DNA of 64,000 bases, taken from positions 234,321-298,320 of the IMG/VR virus record IMGVR_UViG_3300020156_000001; one strand, written 5' to 3'. Made by a program: the position numbers and the translations under genes. Below are positions 29,900 to 38,328 of the stretch, piece after piece. Under the pieces are notes generated by a model that saw only the letters and a list, made by a program, of their open reading frames with translations, made no database searches and was not told the DNA's origin. Every line of letters starts with the position of its first letter. Within the stretch, counting starts at the first letter, position 1. The stretch comes from a virus (Duplodnaviria; Heunggongvirae; Uroviricota; Caudoviricetes).

Positions 29900-30877
29900 T
29901 TAGAACAGATCTTCTGCGTCGAAAGCGCGGGCCTTCTTGGAATATTCCACTGGGCGCTTTACAAAGAAGTCGGTCATGTTGTTGCCAAGCAGTTCTTCGT
30001 TGAACCAGGTTGTCTGGTCGAGAAGCAGCGGGTCAACATCGAATGGCTTGTTGTAGCCGATTTGAACTAGCGACTGATTGATACGATCCTTGATGAACTC
30101 TTTCAGAATCTCAGCTGAAATACCTTCATCCTTAAAATCGCCCAGCATCCAGTCGATAAGCTGGGATTCCGCAGTAAATGCAACCTTGCACTCTTCAATG
30201 ATCTTGGCTTCAAGATCTGCGTCGAACAGTTCAGGATATTCTTCACGAAGCGTGTTGATAAGCTTGATACCAACCAGCGCGTGAATCATTTCTTCGTTGC
30301 GCGTGTACTGAACCTGCTGAGCAGTATCCTTTAGGATATTGCCACGGAAACGGTTAAGCCACAGAATGTTGTAGAACTGGCTAAACAAGCTAACGTTCTC
30401 AACAAAAAGCGTGAAGAGGATGATCGCGTAGATGTACTGCTTCTTGCTGTTATCTGCGTAAACCTTGTTCAAGTATTTGCGGAGATATTCAACGCGACCC
30501 TTTACAACAGGCTCTTCGAGATTTTCGGCAAATGCCTTTTCCAGCTTGAGTACGTCAAGCAGTTTCTCATAAGCTTGGTTATGGATAACTTCGGTGTTCG
30601 CCATAGCGTAACCCAAGTCATAGATAGATGGGTGTGGGAAGTTGTCACCCAGATTTGCCCAAAAACGCTTGACAGCAATTTCTACCTGACCAATAGCAGA
30701 CAGAGTCTTGACGACAATACGCTTTTCATCTTCAGGCATTTCGGATTTAAATTGATGAAAGTCTGATTTGAAGTCGAACTCATTTGGAGTCCAAAAGCCA
30801 GCCCAGATCTTATCGATGAACGTCTGCGTCCATGGGTAGAGGTTCGGCTTTCGCGCGATTTGTTCTTCGAAAAGCAT
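29900..30877 (-). CDS. nrdB: Ribonucleotide reductase class I beta subunit
   Basis: FWTPNEF, EVIHNQAY, VENVSLFSQF, EEMIH and DFFVKRPVEY. Confidence 0.95.
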   Translation of the reverse strand: MLFEEQIARKPNLYPWTQTFIDKIWAGFWTPNEFDFKSDFHQFKSEMPEDEKRIVVKTLSAIGQVEIAVKRFWANLGDNFPHPSIYDLGYAMANTEVIHNQAYEKLLDVLKLEKAFAENLEEPVVKGRVEYLRKYLNKVYADNSKKQYIYAIILFTLFVENVSLFSQFYNILWLNRFRGNILKDTAQQVQYTRNEEMIHALVGIKLINTLREEYPELFDADLEAKIIEECKVAFTAESQLIDWMLGDFKDEGISAEILKEFIKDRINQSLVQIGYNKPFDVDPLLLDQTTWFNEELLGNNMTDFFVKRPVEYSKKARAFDAEDLF

Positions 30878-31051
30878 GTCTTCTCTCTTGTTTTTCTTAT
30901 TGTTCTAAAGGTAGAATATTTAGTCCGGGCTTTTCCCGTTATTCGTGTACTTTATGGATTCTGGACGAAATATTCAATTAAATTTTATCCTAAATTTTAG
31001 GAATCAAATCAAGGTTTTATTGACAGCCAGGCAGGTAAGCCTGTCTTTGTG

Positions 31052-31561
31052 TTAGGAATCGTCCTTTCCTGATTTCATGCTTTTGAGAAGAGCGTTACGG
31101 TCTACAAGCTGCCCCTTTTCGGAGACTTGAGTTTCTCCTTCAACTACGCCTTCTTCTTGATTCTTACGAAGATCGTGATCAAGCTTTTCACGCTTCATCT
31201 TCAATTCGATACCCTTCATACGGGCATCCAACTTTGCTTGCATTGCCTTCATGCCCAACTCTAGGAAGCGGGCTGCGGGCTCCATAATGGAACCAGCATT
31301 CTTTGGCTCCATGTTAAAGGCCATGTCAATGGCATCCTTATGCGCGGTCATGGCACAATCGATGATTTGATCCATTTCCTCAGCATGTTCGCGGGTACCA
31401 TCGGGGTCCATCAAGTGCTTGTCAATGTTTTCAAGCTCATTGTTTTCCAGCGCAACGGTAATAGCATCAAGACGGGCTTGATCCTCTGGGCTTATAGCAT
31501 CATCGCCCAACATGCTTTCCAGGCTTGGAAGGTCGAGCACTTCTTCAATTCGTTTTGTCAT
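31052..31561 (-). CDS. Helical hypothetical protein, possible terminase small subunit
   Basis: 169 aa helical, ends VDRNALLKSM; in the structural region. Assignment is weak. Confidence 0.35.
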   Translation of the reverse strand: MTKRIEEVLDLPSLESMLGDDAISPEDQARLDAITVALENNELENIDKHLMDPDGTREHAEEMDQIIDCAMTAHKDAIDMAFNMEPKNAGSIMEPAARFLELGMKAMQAKLDARMKGIELKMKREKLDHDLRKNQEEGVVEGETQVSEKGQLVDRNALLKSMKSGKDDS

Positions 31562-31977
31562 TTGCGTTCAAGCTCCACTTCGAAGACTGGATTTTTAGGC
31601 TTTAGCTCGCGGAACATGGCAAGCTCAGCCAGCGATTGCTCACCATTGCCAAAGCAGATAAGCGCGTCGATATAGGAGATGAATTTTTCGGATTCATCGC
31701 CCCACTCTGAACCTTCGATGATTCGTATATTAACAGGAAACACTTCATATTCGCTCGCTCGTGCGCAAGCAATACCAACCGTAGTCATGCCCTTGTCTAC
31801 TGCTACTTCGTATGCAAGAGCCGGTACGCCCACATTGGTAAGACCACTAACAATGGCAATATCCTTGCCATTGGCGTAGAAACGCTCAATCACGCTATAA
31901 AGTTCGTTGAGTTCATTTCGGACGAATTGAGTGTTAAACTCACCGCTACTGTAACCTGCTACGCCAATTTTGTACAT
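31558..31977 (-). CDS. Stand-alone SLOG (LOG/DprA/YspA-like) domain protein
   Basis: KIGVAG...AIVSGLTNVGVPALAYEVA...TVGI...DALICFGNGEQSLAE. Confidence 0.65.
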   Translation of the reverse strand: MYKIGVAGYSSGEFNTQFVRNELNELYSVIERFYANGKDIAIVSGLTNVGVPALAYEVAVDKGMTTVGIACARASEYEVFPVNIRIIEGSEWGDESEKFISYIDALICFGNGEQSLAELAMFRELKPKNPVFEVELERK

Positions 31978-32018
31978 CTGTGGTCCCTTTGTTTCTCATA
32001 TTTAGCGGGACCAAAAAC

Positions 32019-32450
32019 TCAGGCTTTTCCCTTGCGGTACAGATCGTATTCGGTCATTACACGGAACTTGAGACCCTTTTGCGCACAGAATGTTCTTGCT
32101 GCGGCCCACTTAGCTGAGTTGATCAAATAGGCTTCCTTATCGCGCTTGGATTTTGCACGCTCTAGGATAGCTTGGCTTGCTGGCTTGATCTCAATGAGTT
32201 CGCCATGGCGCTTGCCATTGGTGTCTTGATACAAGATGAGGAAATCAGGAATGTAACGATGCCAAGTACCCTTAGTTGGGTGTTGGTATGGGATTTGAAT
32301 GCTTTCACTGGCCCACTGGATGATCGCAGGATGTTGATCACATACGTTCATAAACGTAAGTTCCCATGCGCTGCGGTATACGATTGGAAATGTTCCAACG
32401 TACTTGGTTGGATTCTTTGGATTAAAAACGTCTTGATGCCACTTACTCAA
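32019..32450 (-). CDS. gp4: Head completion nuclease (T4 gp4/TnsA-like)
   Basis: YRSAWELTFM, WASESIQIPY, YIPDF, EIKP, KWAAA and FRVMTE. Confidence 0.85.
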   Translation of the reverse strand: MSKWHQDVFNPKNPTKYVGTFPIVYRSAWELTFMNVCDQHPAIIQWASESIQIPYQHPTKGTWHRYIPDFLILYQDTNGKRHGELIEIKPASQAILERAKSKRDKEAYLINSAKWAAARTFCAQKGLKFRVMTEYDLYRKGKA

Positions 32451-33438
32451 CTTTTTGTCCTCTTACGAATCTTTTGGCCAAGTTGTCTCCAATGCTTGGA
32501 GTTCCCGCAACTAGTGCGGATGGCACTTCTGTAGGATAGGTGATTGCACCGGTGAAAATGCTGTTAAAGCTTGCGTTCTGATCCACAACACTGGAGCTAC
32601 GGCTTACTTGATTGCTTTGATCACGAGCACTGGCCGAGTTAGTTGCCGATAGTTCGGCGCCGTTATACGTGGGAAGCGCACCCTGCTTGGAGTAATTGCC
32701 ACCGGAGCCAATGATTGCACTACCACTGCTGGTGCGTGGCTCATAAAAGCTACTTGCGGTTAAGCCCATCTCCTGGAGCAAACCATCTTGACCTTCCAAG
32801 CTCATGTTGTTGCCCATGTAAACGATGCCTTCGTATTCAAAGGTCATGCTGATTTCGGCGCCCTTGGAATCATCGTATTCCATACCAGAGGGATCAAACT
32901 TTGTGATCTTTGGATTGGCAATATCAAAACGGCTGTACTCGCCCCCATAGATGTAATAGAACTCAATATGGGAGAAAAAGTAGGAAGAGTTGGGATCGCT
33001 TACAGGAGGAATAAAACCCCAACCGGCTTGACCCTGTTGCATGGTACGAGACATTTGATCCCATGACCAAGCCAACGCGCTAACGTTTTGTGGATCACCA
33101 TAGTAGAACTTGAAATAGTCCTGAAACATATGGAAAACGCGATTGTCAACAGTGTCGTGAAAAGTGAAGCTTACTGGCTCATACTCCACACGCTTTTGGA
33201 CAATGCGCTTCTTATTGTATTGGTTTAGAACTTCCGTATCAAAGGAGATCTTTGGGCGGTCGATTTCCTTTGCAAGAACACCGATGCCTTTGGCCCAATC
33301 GTTTCCTGAACTACCGGCGTTTGCTCGAACAAAACGCACATAATAGAGGAAACTAGGCTTAGGGACTCCGGTCCACTGCTCGCTATTAAGACGAAAGTTG
33401 CTGGACGCGGTATGCGAGTCCCTAAGCATGTTTGTCAT
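32443..33438 (-). CDS. Tail tube-like / baseplate-tube initiator protein
   Basis: IDRPKISFDTEVLNQYNKKRIVQKRVEYEPVSFTFHD...ISMTFEYE (gp19/gp54 fold); next to the tube gene. Confidence 0.7.
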   Translation of the reverse strand: MTNMLRDSHTASSNFRLNSEQWTGVPKPSFLYYVRFVRANAGSSGNDWAKGIGVLAKEIDRPKISFDTEVLNQYNKKRIVQKRVEYEPVSFTFHDTVDNRVFHMFQDYFKFYYGDPQNVSALAWSWDQMSRTMQQGQAGWGFIPPVSDPNSSYFFSHIEFYYIYGGEYSRFDIANPKITKFDPSGMEYDDSKGAEISMTFEYEGIVYMGNNMSLEGQDGLLQEMGLTASSFYEPRTSSGSAIIGSGGNYSKQGALPTYNGAELSATNSASARDQSNQVSRSSSVVDQNASFNSIFTGAITYPTEVPSALVAGTPSIGDNLAKRFVRGQKVE

Positions 33439-33448
33439 TTACGGATCC

Positions 33449-34033
33449 TTAGACGCGTGTACCAGCGATTTGTTCTGGCAATGCTGTCATCAAGCCGTCT
33501 GCTAGTGTTGCGTTGTCATAACGAACGCTCATTGTGATTGTCTGGAAGGACGAATCATCATATGCGAGGTCAGAGAACTCAACGTTGTCTAGGAAGCAGC
33601 CTTCGAGTGTCCATGTGGAGATAACACCGTCGTTGCCACCGTCCATTGTTTCGATCAAAAGCACGAACTTGTAGTTGACACCGCTTGTGAAACCAGTCTG
33701 TTCGTAATGGTTCATCTGCTTCTGCATCTGGTGACCAACGAGACGTTCCGCCGAGTTAGTGATATCATCACGAATAACCAGCGAGATTGGTTCCCACTCA
33801 TGCTTGCCAGCATAGTATGCGGTGCTGTTGTAGGAGTGAACTGGAACTGGTTCATGGCTCATAGACGGCTGAGTCACGCTTACAACTTGTTGAGTAAGCT
33901 CGATACCACCGGCGATTGGACCAAAGTTTACCACGCGAACGCGGAAACGGTACTTGTACTTAGGCTGAAGGATACCGCCACGGCCACCACCACCGCCGAG
34001 CGGAACACCAAATTTAGAGAGGGTTTCTGCCAT
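33449..34033 (-). CDS. gp19: Tail tube protein (T4 gp19-like)
   Basis: KYRFRV, YAGKHEWEPISLVIRDD, WTLEGCF and ITMSVRYD. Confidence 0.85.
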   Translation of the reverse strand: MAETLSKFGVPLGGGGGRGGILQPKYKYRFRVRVVNFGPIAGGIELTQQVVSVTQPSMSHEPVPVHSYNSTAYYAGKHEWEPISLVIRDDITNSAERLVGHQMQKQMNHYEQTGFTSGVNYKFVLLIETMDGGNDGVISTWTLEGCFLDNVEFSDLAYDDSSFQTITMSVRYDNATLADGLMTALPEQIAGTRV

Positions 34034-34037
34034 GGAT

Positions 34038-34087
34038 AAATCTCCTGTTTAGCAAATATTTTAGATATTTACCAGAACAGGAGATTT
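34038..34087 (-). promoter_or_regulatory. Late promoter inside RBS-sequestering hairpin (tube gene)
   Basis: Perfect 12-bp aaatctcctgtt/aacaggagattt; minus-strand TAAATA at 34066-34071 between the arms. Confidence 0.7.
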
Positions 34088-34103
34088 TTATTAAATTAGT
34101 GGT

Positions 34104-34595
34104 TTATTCTACAGCGATTGTTGGTGTTGGATTGCCCATACGAAAAGCATCACGTGGAATACCATCGCAGGTTGGAAAAACTGCAAGCTGAACCTGATAC
34201 ACACCTTTTGGCAAATGATCTGGCAGCTGGAGAAGAACACGAGCAGTAACTCGACTAGATGTTCCACGCTGACCTAGGAACTGACTCTTACGTGTGGGGA
34301 ATTGATAATCCACAGGCCCCACAAGCACGTTTTGATAATCAGCGTGGCAGCCAACTTCCTTCTTGATCAAATTGTATTCAAGAACCATTGCATCGCCTGG
34401 AACAAAATTATGTGCAGGTTCAAGTGTGTCCGAGCTTAAAACTTTTGGTGCACTACTAAATGCGAGAAAGTCTCTGCGGTCACCATCATAGAAATAAGTG
34501 GTAGCTTGCGCTGCAATAGTAACAACTAGCGCAAACATTATAATGTTGCCAAGGTTTCGAACCATTGGGCTTGAATTCTTAAACAAATTAAACAT
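34104..34595 (-). CDS. Membrane-anchored protein with N-terminal TM (candidate lysis accessory)
   Basis: NIIMFALVVTIAAQA TM segment then a beta-rich domain with two Cys; late-gated RBS. Confidence 0.5.
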   Translation of the reverse strand: MFNLFKNSSPMVRNLGNIIMFALVVTIAAQATTYFYDGDRRDFLAFSSAPKVLSSDTLEPAHNFVPGDAMVLEYNLIKKEVGCHADYQNVLVGPVDYQFPTRKSQFLGQRGTSSRVTARVLLQLPDHLPKGVYQVQLAVFPTCDGIPRDAFRMGNPTPTIAVE

Positions 34596-34597
34596 GG

Positions 34598-34632
34598 GTC
34601 CTCCTTAGGGGCTAATTATTTAGCAGGAGGAC
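34598..34632 (-). promoter_or_regulatory. Late promoter inside RBS-sequestering hairpin
   Basis: Minus strand: gtcctcct-gctaa-ataa-ttagc-cccta-aggaggac-cc-ATG. Confidence 0.7.
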
Positions 34633-34642
34633 ACCACTCATG

Positions 34643-34670
34643 GAAATAGGCCGGTTTCCCGGCCTATCCC
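34643..34670 (-). terminator. Intrinsic terminator after Ro60 gene
   Basis: ataggccgg-GAAA-ccggcctat followed by ttcc (short U-tract). Confidence 0.65.
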
Positions 34671-36320
34671 TTACTTGCTGAAAAACTCGGATGCCAGCTG
34701 CGGTGCAGCGGAATCAAAGCCCGCAAAGTCCATCATACCAGCGTCGGACGGATCCGCGATGGAGAAGCTCGTTGCGGTCATACCAAACACTGCGAGCTTT
34801 GCAGGAACATTGTGGTTCTTACGGAAGTCCTTCAGTGCCTGATACGGATGAATCGAACCATAGTAAGTTTCATTGTCCGTGTAAACAGAGAAGTTCTCCG
34901 CTGCATAGCCCATGTTGTCGGCCCAAAGCATTGGCAAAGCGCAATCCGTGCCTGCAAACGGCATGTTAGCCGTGTCACGAAGCGCCTTAGTCAAGCCGCC
35001 CTTTGGATCGATTTCGATTTCCTTGACGCTCGAACGGGACCAAGTGTTACCGCGATCGTTGCTGAAACCACCTGGGGTGAATGCCAGCAAGCGATGGTTG
35101 GGCTCCACAGCCGCCGTGATCAATGCCATAGCCATCGAAGCTTCGCGCGCCGTTAGGGTTACAAAGCCAGAGATTGGCTGCGTCATCGAACCCGAAACGT
35201 CGATACCGAGAACAGTTGGCTTGTTCGTTGGCGTAACGTTGCCGAACGCCTTGTAAAATGCCTTGTCCAACGCCTGAGTAATGTCCCTGTTGGGAACCCA
35301 GATGTTGTTACCACGGACACCGCGGCCGGCTTCATACGTACGAAGCGCACTCAAAATGTTCATCGGGTGGATACGAGACTTGCGCAGGATCTCCTGATTG
35401 GTTACCTGTGCAATTACCTTATCCACATTCGCCTTGGTAGCGAATACGTCGTTTCGCGTCATCGTAGCAAGATTGCGGATCAACGCCGTCATTGGCATCT
35501 TTTCCAGCAATGCTTCCCACACAACCTTCGAGTTCAAGTGAGCCGTTGGTACGGCTTCACGCGGCAAGTTGTGGTCCAGGATAAGCTGAACGATACGGTT
35601 TTCACCCGCCGTCTTTGCTTCCTCAAACGCCTGGATGATTTCCGGGAGCTTGCCCGAGACATCCTTACGCTTGATGCTTACCTTGGAACCATCTGCCGCA
35701 GTACGCGAATAGGTGGAAGCCTTGGTTGCATCAATACCACCGGTAACCCAACGGAAAACGGCGTCGTACTGGGCGTTCTTTGCCTTTGGGTGAGACAGAC
35801 GCAATAGGTCGGAGTTTGCCCAACCATCACGGCTCTGATACTTTACCACCTGATAAGCAAGCTGGTCTGGCGCCTTGATGAGGTACCAGTTACGAACTGC
35901 CTTGGACAGCGTACGGCCCCAACCACGGAACTGCTTTACGTAGCCGACAAACGCAAACAGGTGCGTTGGTGTACGAGCTACCTCAGGGAGAGCCGCAAGG
36001 GCACGACGACGAGTTTCGACCTTGGAGTCAGCCGCTGCAAGAGCAAGCACGAACAGCGCGTATTCGTTCTTGGGCGCACGACCTTCCTTGCTTATCTCAA
36101 CTGTCCGCTTGATAACAGCTTCTGGTTGAGTGCGAAGCAACGCAATAACGTTTTTCGCATTATCCTTGGTCACATCGGCCGCGCCCTTATAAGCGTTGGC
36201 TTCCGATCCCAGGATAAGGAAACGGTCGAGCTGGTCCATTGGGCTTACCTTGAAGGTAAAACCACCAGCGTTGTTCATTACCATGTCTAGGCCTTCCACG
36301 GCCTTTGTCTGTCGAGTCAT
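34671..36320 (-). CDS. rsr: Ro60 / TROVE-domain RNA-binding protein with C-terminal vWA
   Basis: Start reassigned to MTRQTK (RBS gaaaggag; 549 aa); NNAGGFTF, LDRFLILGSE, GWGR, YQVVKYQSRDGW, MPMTALIRNLATM, vWA MIDAS GIDVSGSM, GTDCALPM, YTDNET and GFDSAAP. Confidence 0.93.
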   Translation of the reverse strand: MTRQTKAVEGLDMVMNNAGGFTFKVSPMDQLDRFLILGSEANAYKGAADVTKDNAKNVIALLRTQPEAVIKRTVEISKEGRAPKNEYALFVLALAAADSKVETRRRALAALPEVARTPTHLFAFVGYVKQFRGWGRTLSKAVRNWYLIKAPDQLAYQVVKYQSRDGWANSDLLRLSHPKAKNAQYDAVFRWVTGGIDATKASTYSRTAADGSKVSIKRKDVSGKLPEIIQAFEEAKTAGENRIVQLILDHNLPREAVPTAHLNSKVVWEALLEKMPMTALIRNLATMTRNDVFATKANVDKVIAQVTNQEILRKSRIHPMNILSALRTYEAGRGVRGNNIWVPNRDITQALDKAFYKAFGNVTPTNKPTVLGIDVSGSMTQPISGFVTLTAREASMAMALITAAVEPNHRLLAFTPGGFSNDRGNTWSRSSVKEIEIDPKGGLTKALRDTANMPFAGTDCALPMLWADNMGYAAENFSVYTDNETYYGSIHPYQALKDFRKNHNVPAKLAVFGMTATSFSIADPSDAGMMDFAGFDSAAPQLASEFFSK

Positions 36321-36377
36321 CGGACTCTCCTTTCGATTCGGCCCTACTCTGCTAGGGCAAACGCACGCATATACACT

Positions 36378-36412
36378 GGAAAAAGAAAGTTCAAGCCTAA
36401 ACTTGAACTTTC
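36378..36412 (-). terminator. Terminator-like hairpin ~60 nt upstream of Ro60 start
   Basis: gaaagttcaag/cttgaactttc perfect 11-bp stem followed by UUUUU on the minus strand. Confidence 0.65.
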
Positions 36413-36508
36413 CAAAAATATATTCAACAAAATGGGCAACAATGGAAATCCACTGCGGATAGAGGAACAGCCATGAGCAGCCCAAGCCCTACCCTAACGC
36501 CTTATTAT

Positions 36509-36823
36509 CTAATTTGTGCCGGCACTCATGATCTCTTTGAGAAAGGCAATCGCTTCATCAGTTGATCTGACTTGCTTGTTCACTTTCTGCGGGTGATGAA
36601 GCACAATGTGGATGCAGGATGGTCCATACATTTGCACAAGGCCTCTACCTTCAAACCGCCCGTTGCCAGGGGCTCGATTATTCCACCTATTTGGCCACTT
36701 ATAATCGTGATAAGGAGCTTTGTAAGCGGATTCTACACCGAGGACTTTCGCACATTCCTCGTAAAACGTCTCTTTTTCATTTGTCATCGGCCCCAGTATA
36801 GCTAGGGCCGACAACTTTGTCAA
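36509..36823 (-). CDS. Hypothetical protein
   Basis: 104 aa between the SIMPL-like gene and Ro60. Confidence 0.55.
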   Translation of the reverse strand: MTKLSALAILGPMTNEKETFYEECAKVLGVESAYKAPYHDYKWPNRWNNRAPGNGRFEGRGLVQMYGPSCIHIVLHHPQKVNKQVRSTDEAIAFLKEIMSAGTN

Positions 36824-36825
36824 TG

Positions 36826-37533
36826 TTAGAGTCGGCTGTAAATCTTGCGCGTAAACGTAACACGGGCAGTCAGCACAAGCTTCTGCGTTACGCCGCCAGC
36901 GTCTTCTTCATCACCGGCTGCTTCATTGTACATGGCAACGTTTGCCGTGCGGAGCATGTTGGACTTGGCGTATTGATTGTTACCGCTGTGAGTAACAAAG
37001 TCAATGGAGCCAACAATCCAGGCATCGTCGCCGTCCTTGACCACTTCGTTGAGAACTGTGAGTTCTTCGTTGGCCTTTTCGTAAACCTTGCGGCGGAGAG
37101 ATTTATTACCTTGGGCAATTTGATCGCGTGTTGGTGAATAGTCCGTGTTGAGCAGCGCGAACTTGAGACCTGGGCGATTGACTGCCTTGATCTTGCCCTT
37201 GATTGGACCAACACCACTGTCCTTGATCCGGACGTTCAGCGAATAAGAAACAGTTTCAATACCCGAACTGTCTTCGTTGCGGTTCAAACCAGTAATATAC
37301 CAGTCGCCGTCGGAGATTTGCTTTGCCGCTTCAAGCACTTCTGCCTTAGCGTCGAGCGTTGGATCGGTCATTGCAAATGTTGCGGAAAAACTAAGTTTTG
37401 CAGTTTCCGAAATGATGAACTCTTCAGCGGTAATGTCAACCGACACTTCGCTCATTGGAATATGAGTCACGCGAATCTCCTTGGGATTGATTACAGTTGC
37501 CGTTGTATTAGATAAAATCCTAGGAATCAACAA
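36826..37533 (-). CDS. SIMPL/DUF541-like protein lacking a signal peptide
   Basis: Alternating beta/alpha pattern; KVYEKANEELTVLNEVV...WIVGSID...QKLVLTARVTF C-terminus. True start probably GTG/ATG ~20-26 codons in (RBS aaggag). Confidence 0.45.
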   Translation of the reverse strand: MLIPRILSNTTATVINPKEIRVTHIPMSEVSVDITAEEFIISETAKLSFSATFAMTDPTLDAKAEVLEAAKQISDGDWYITGLNRNEDSSGIETVSYSLNVRIKDSGVGPIKGKIKAVNRPGLKFALLNTDYSPTRDQIAQGNKSLRRKVYEKANEELTVLNEVVKDGDDAWIVGSIDFVTHSGNNQYAKSNMLRTANVAMYNEAAGDEEDAGGVTQKLVLTARVTFTRKIYSRL

Positions 37534-37575
37534 AAGAAAAACCTAACTCCGAATCGACTTCAGGAGTTAGGTTTT
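37532..37575 (-). terminator. Intrinsic terminator of ncRNA
   Basis: aaaacctaactcc/ggagttaggtttt 13-bp stem followed by UCUUUU. Confidence 0.8.
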
Positions 37576-38293
37576 GTTCCAAAGCACCCGTAGGTCTTTG
37601 ACCGGTTATGTGCGTTTCGTAATCGTGGTCCGCATCTTAAGCACCGGAGTGCCACTAGCTGGGGCTAGATTCATACAATCGCTTGTATGTTTACAGAGCA
37701 AAAGGTTAACAGGTTACGGCCGTCGAAATCATTTTGCTTCAACACCCGAAGGCTCCACAAAGGTTGACCCGATAAAATGCCTAGGCATTACATCCTTTCG
37801 GACGACTTGGACCACAATAGGAAGTTCCGCACTTGCCTATTTTTGCTTGATAAGATAACCCTATTAAAGCGGCTCTGTTAGTTTATTTAACAGGAATCCG
37901 AAGATTCCTGCTAAAATTGCGTTATTTCGATCAAGAGAAGAAGGTGGGTTTCTCTGTCCTATCCCACTATATCACTATAGCAGAATTCCCCATTCATTTC
38001 GGTACCAATCTGAGAAGAAAACAGTACCTACTTAACACCTGCGCTACTAGTTACCAGGCTGTCGACGAGTTTCCTTGTCGAACTTCTTTCTCTATCTGAA
38101 AAGCCGAAGCTTTTCTGAAACTCGCCCATCCGTCTCACGGGACGAGCCATTCGCTGTTATCGGTTAATTCCGACATATCCCACGCACCCAGGATTTCTAG
38201 TCCTGGAGTACCCTTACGCTTTAGAATTAGCAGCCTAGTCGCCAAGCGTGAGATTTTATAGGTTCAGGAGAAAAACTCCTTCGCGAACGTTAT
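37532..38293 (-). ncRNA. Large (~760 nt) highly structured non-coding RNA candidate
   Basis: Own promoter and terminator; no minus-strand ORF >=60 aa; three C(UUCG)G, one c(UACG)g and two GAAA tetraloops on the minus strand; long-range helices. Confidence 0.75.
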
Positions 38294-38299
38294 ATCAGC

Positions 38300-38328
38300 A
38301 ATATAGAGCAGATTTAGGGCAAAGTCAA
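38300..38328 (-). promoter_or_regulatory. Sigma70-like promoter of ncRNA
   Basis: TTGACT (38323-38328)-17 nt-TATATT (38300-38305). Confidence 0.7.

Noticed and set aside
36321-36485. 55-aa N-terminal extension of Ro60 given by the ORF track
   Set aside because: A strong RBS precedes ATG 36320, and the extension crosses a terminator-like hairpin.
38070-38090. GTTCGA (tRNA T-loop-like) in the ncRNA
   Set aside because: Flanks do not form a T-stem and there is no cloverleaf or CCA. No tRNA gene was recognised in the window.
37574-38099. Plus-strand ORFs of 94 and 60 aa inside the ncRNA region
   Set aside because: Antisense to all neighbours, no RBS, non-ATG starts; tetraloop polarity and promoter/terminator point to a minus-strand RNA.
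37532-38293. Group I/II intron, RNase P, tmRNA or hammerhead identity for the large RNA
   Set aside because: No interrupted host gene; no domain V, P7, GAGGAAAGUCC, tRNA-like ends or CUGAUGA core seen by eye. Formal exclusion needs cmscan.
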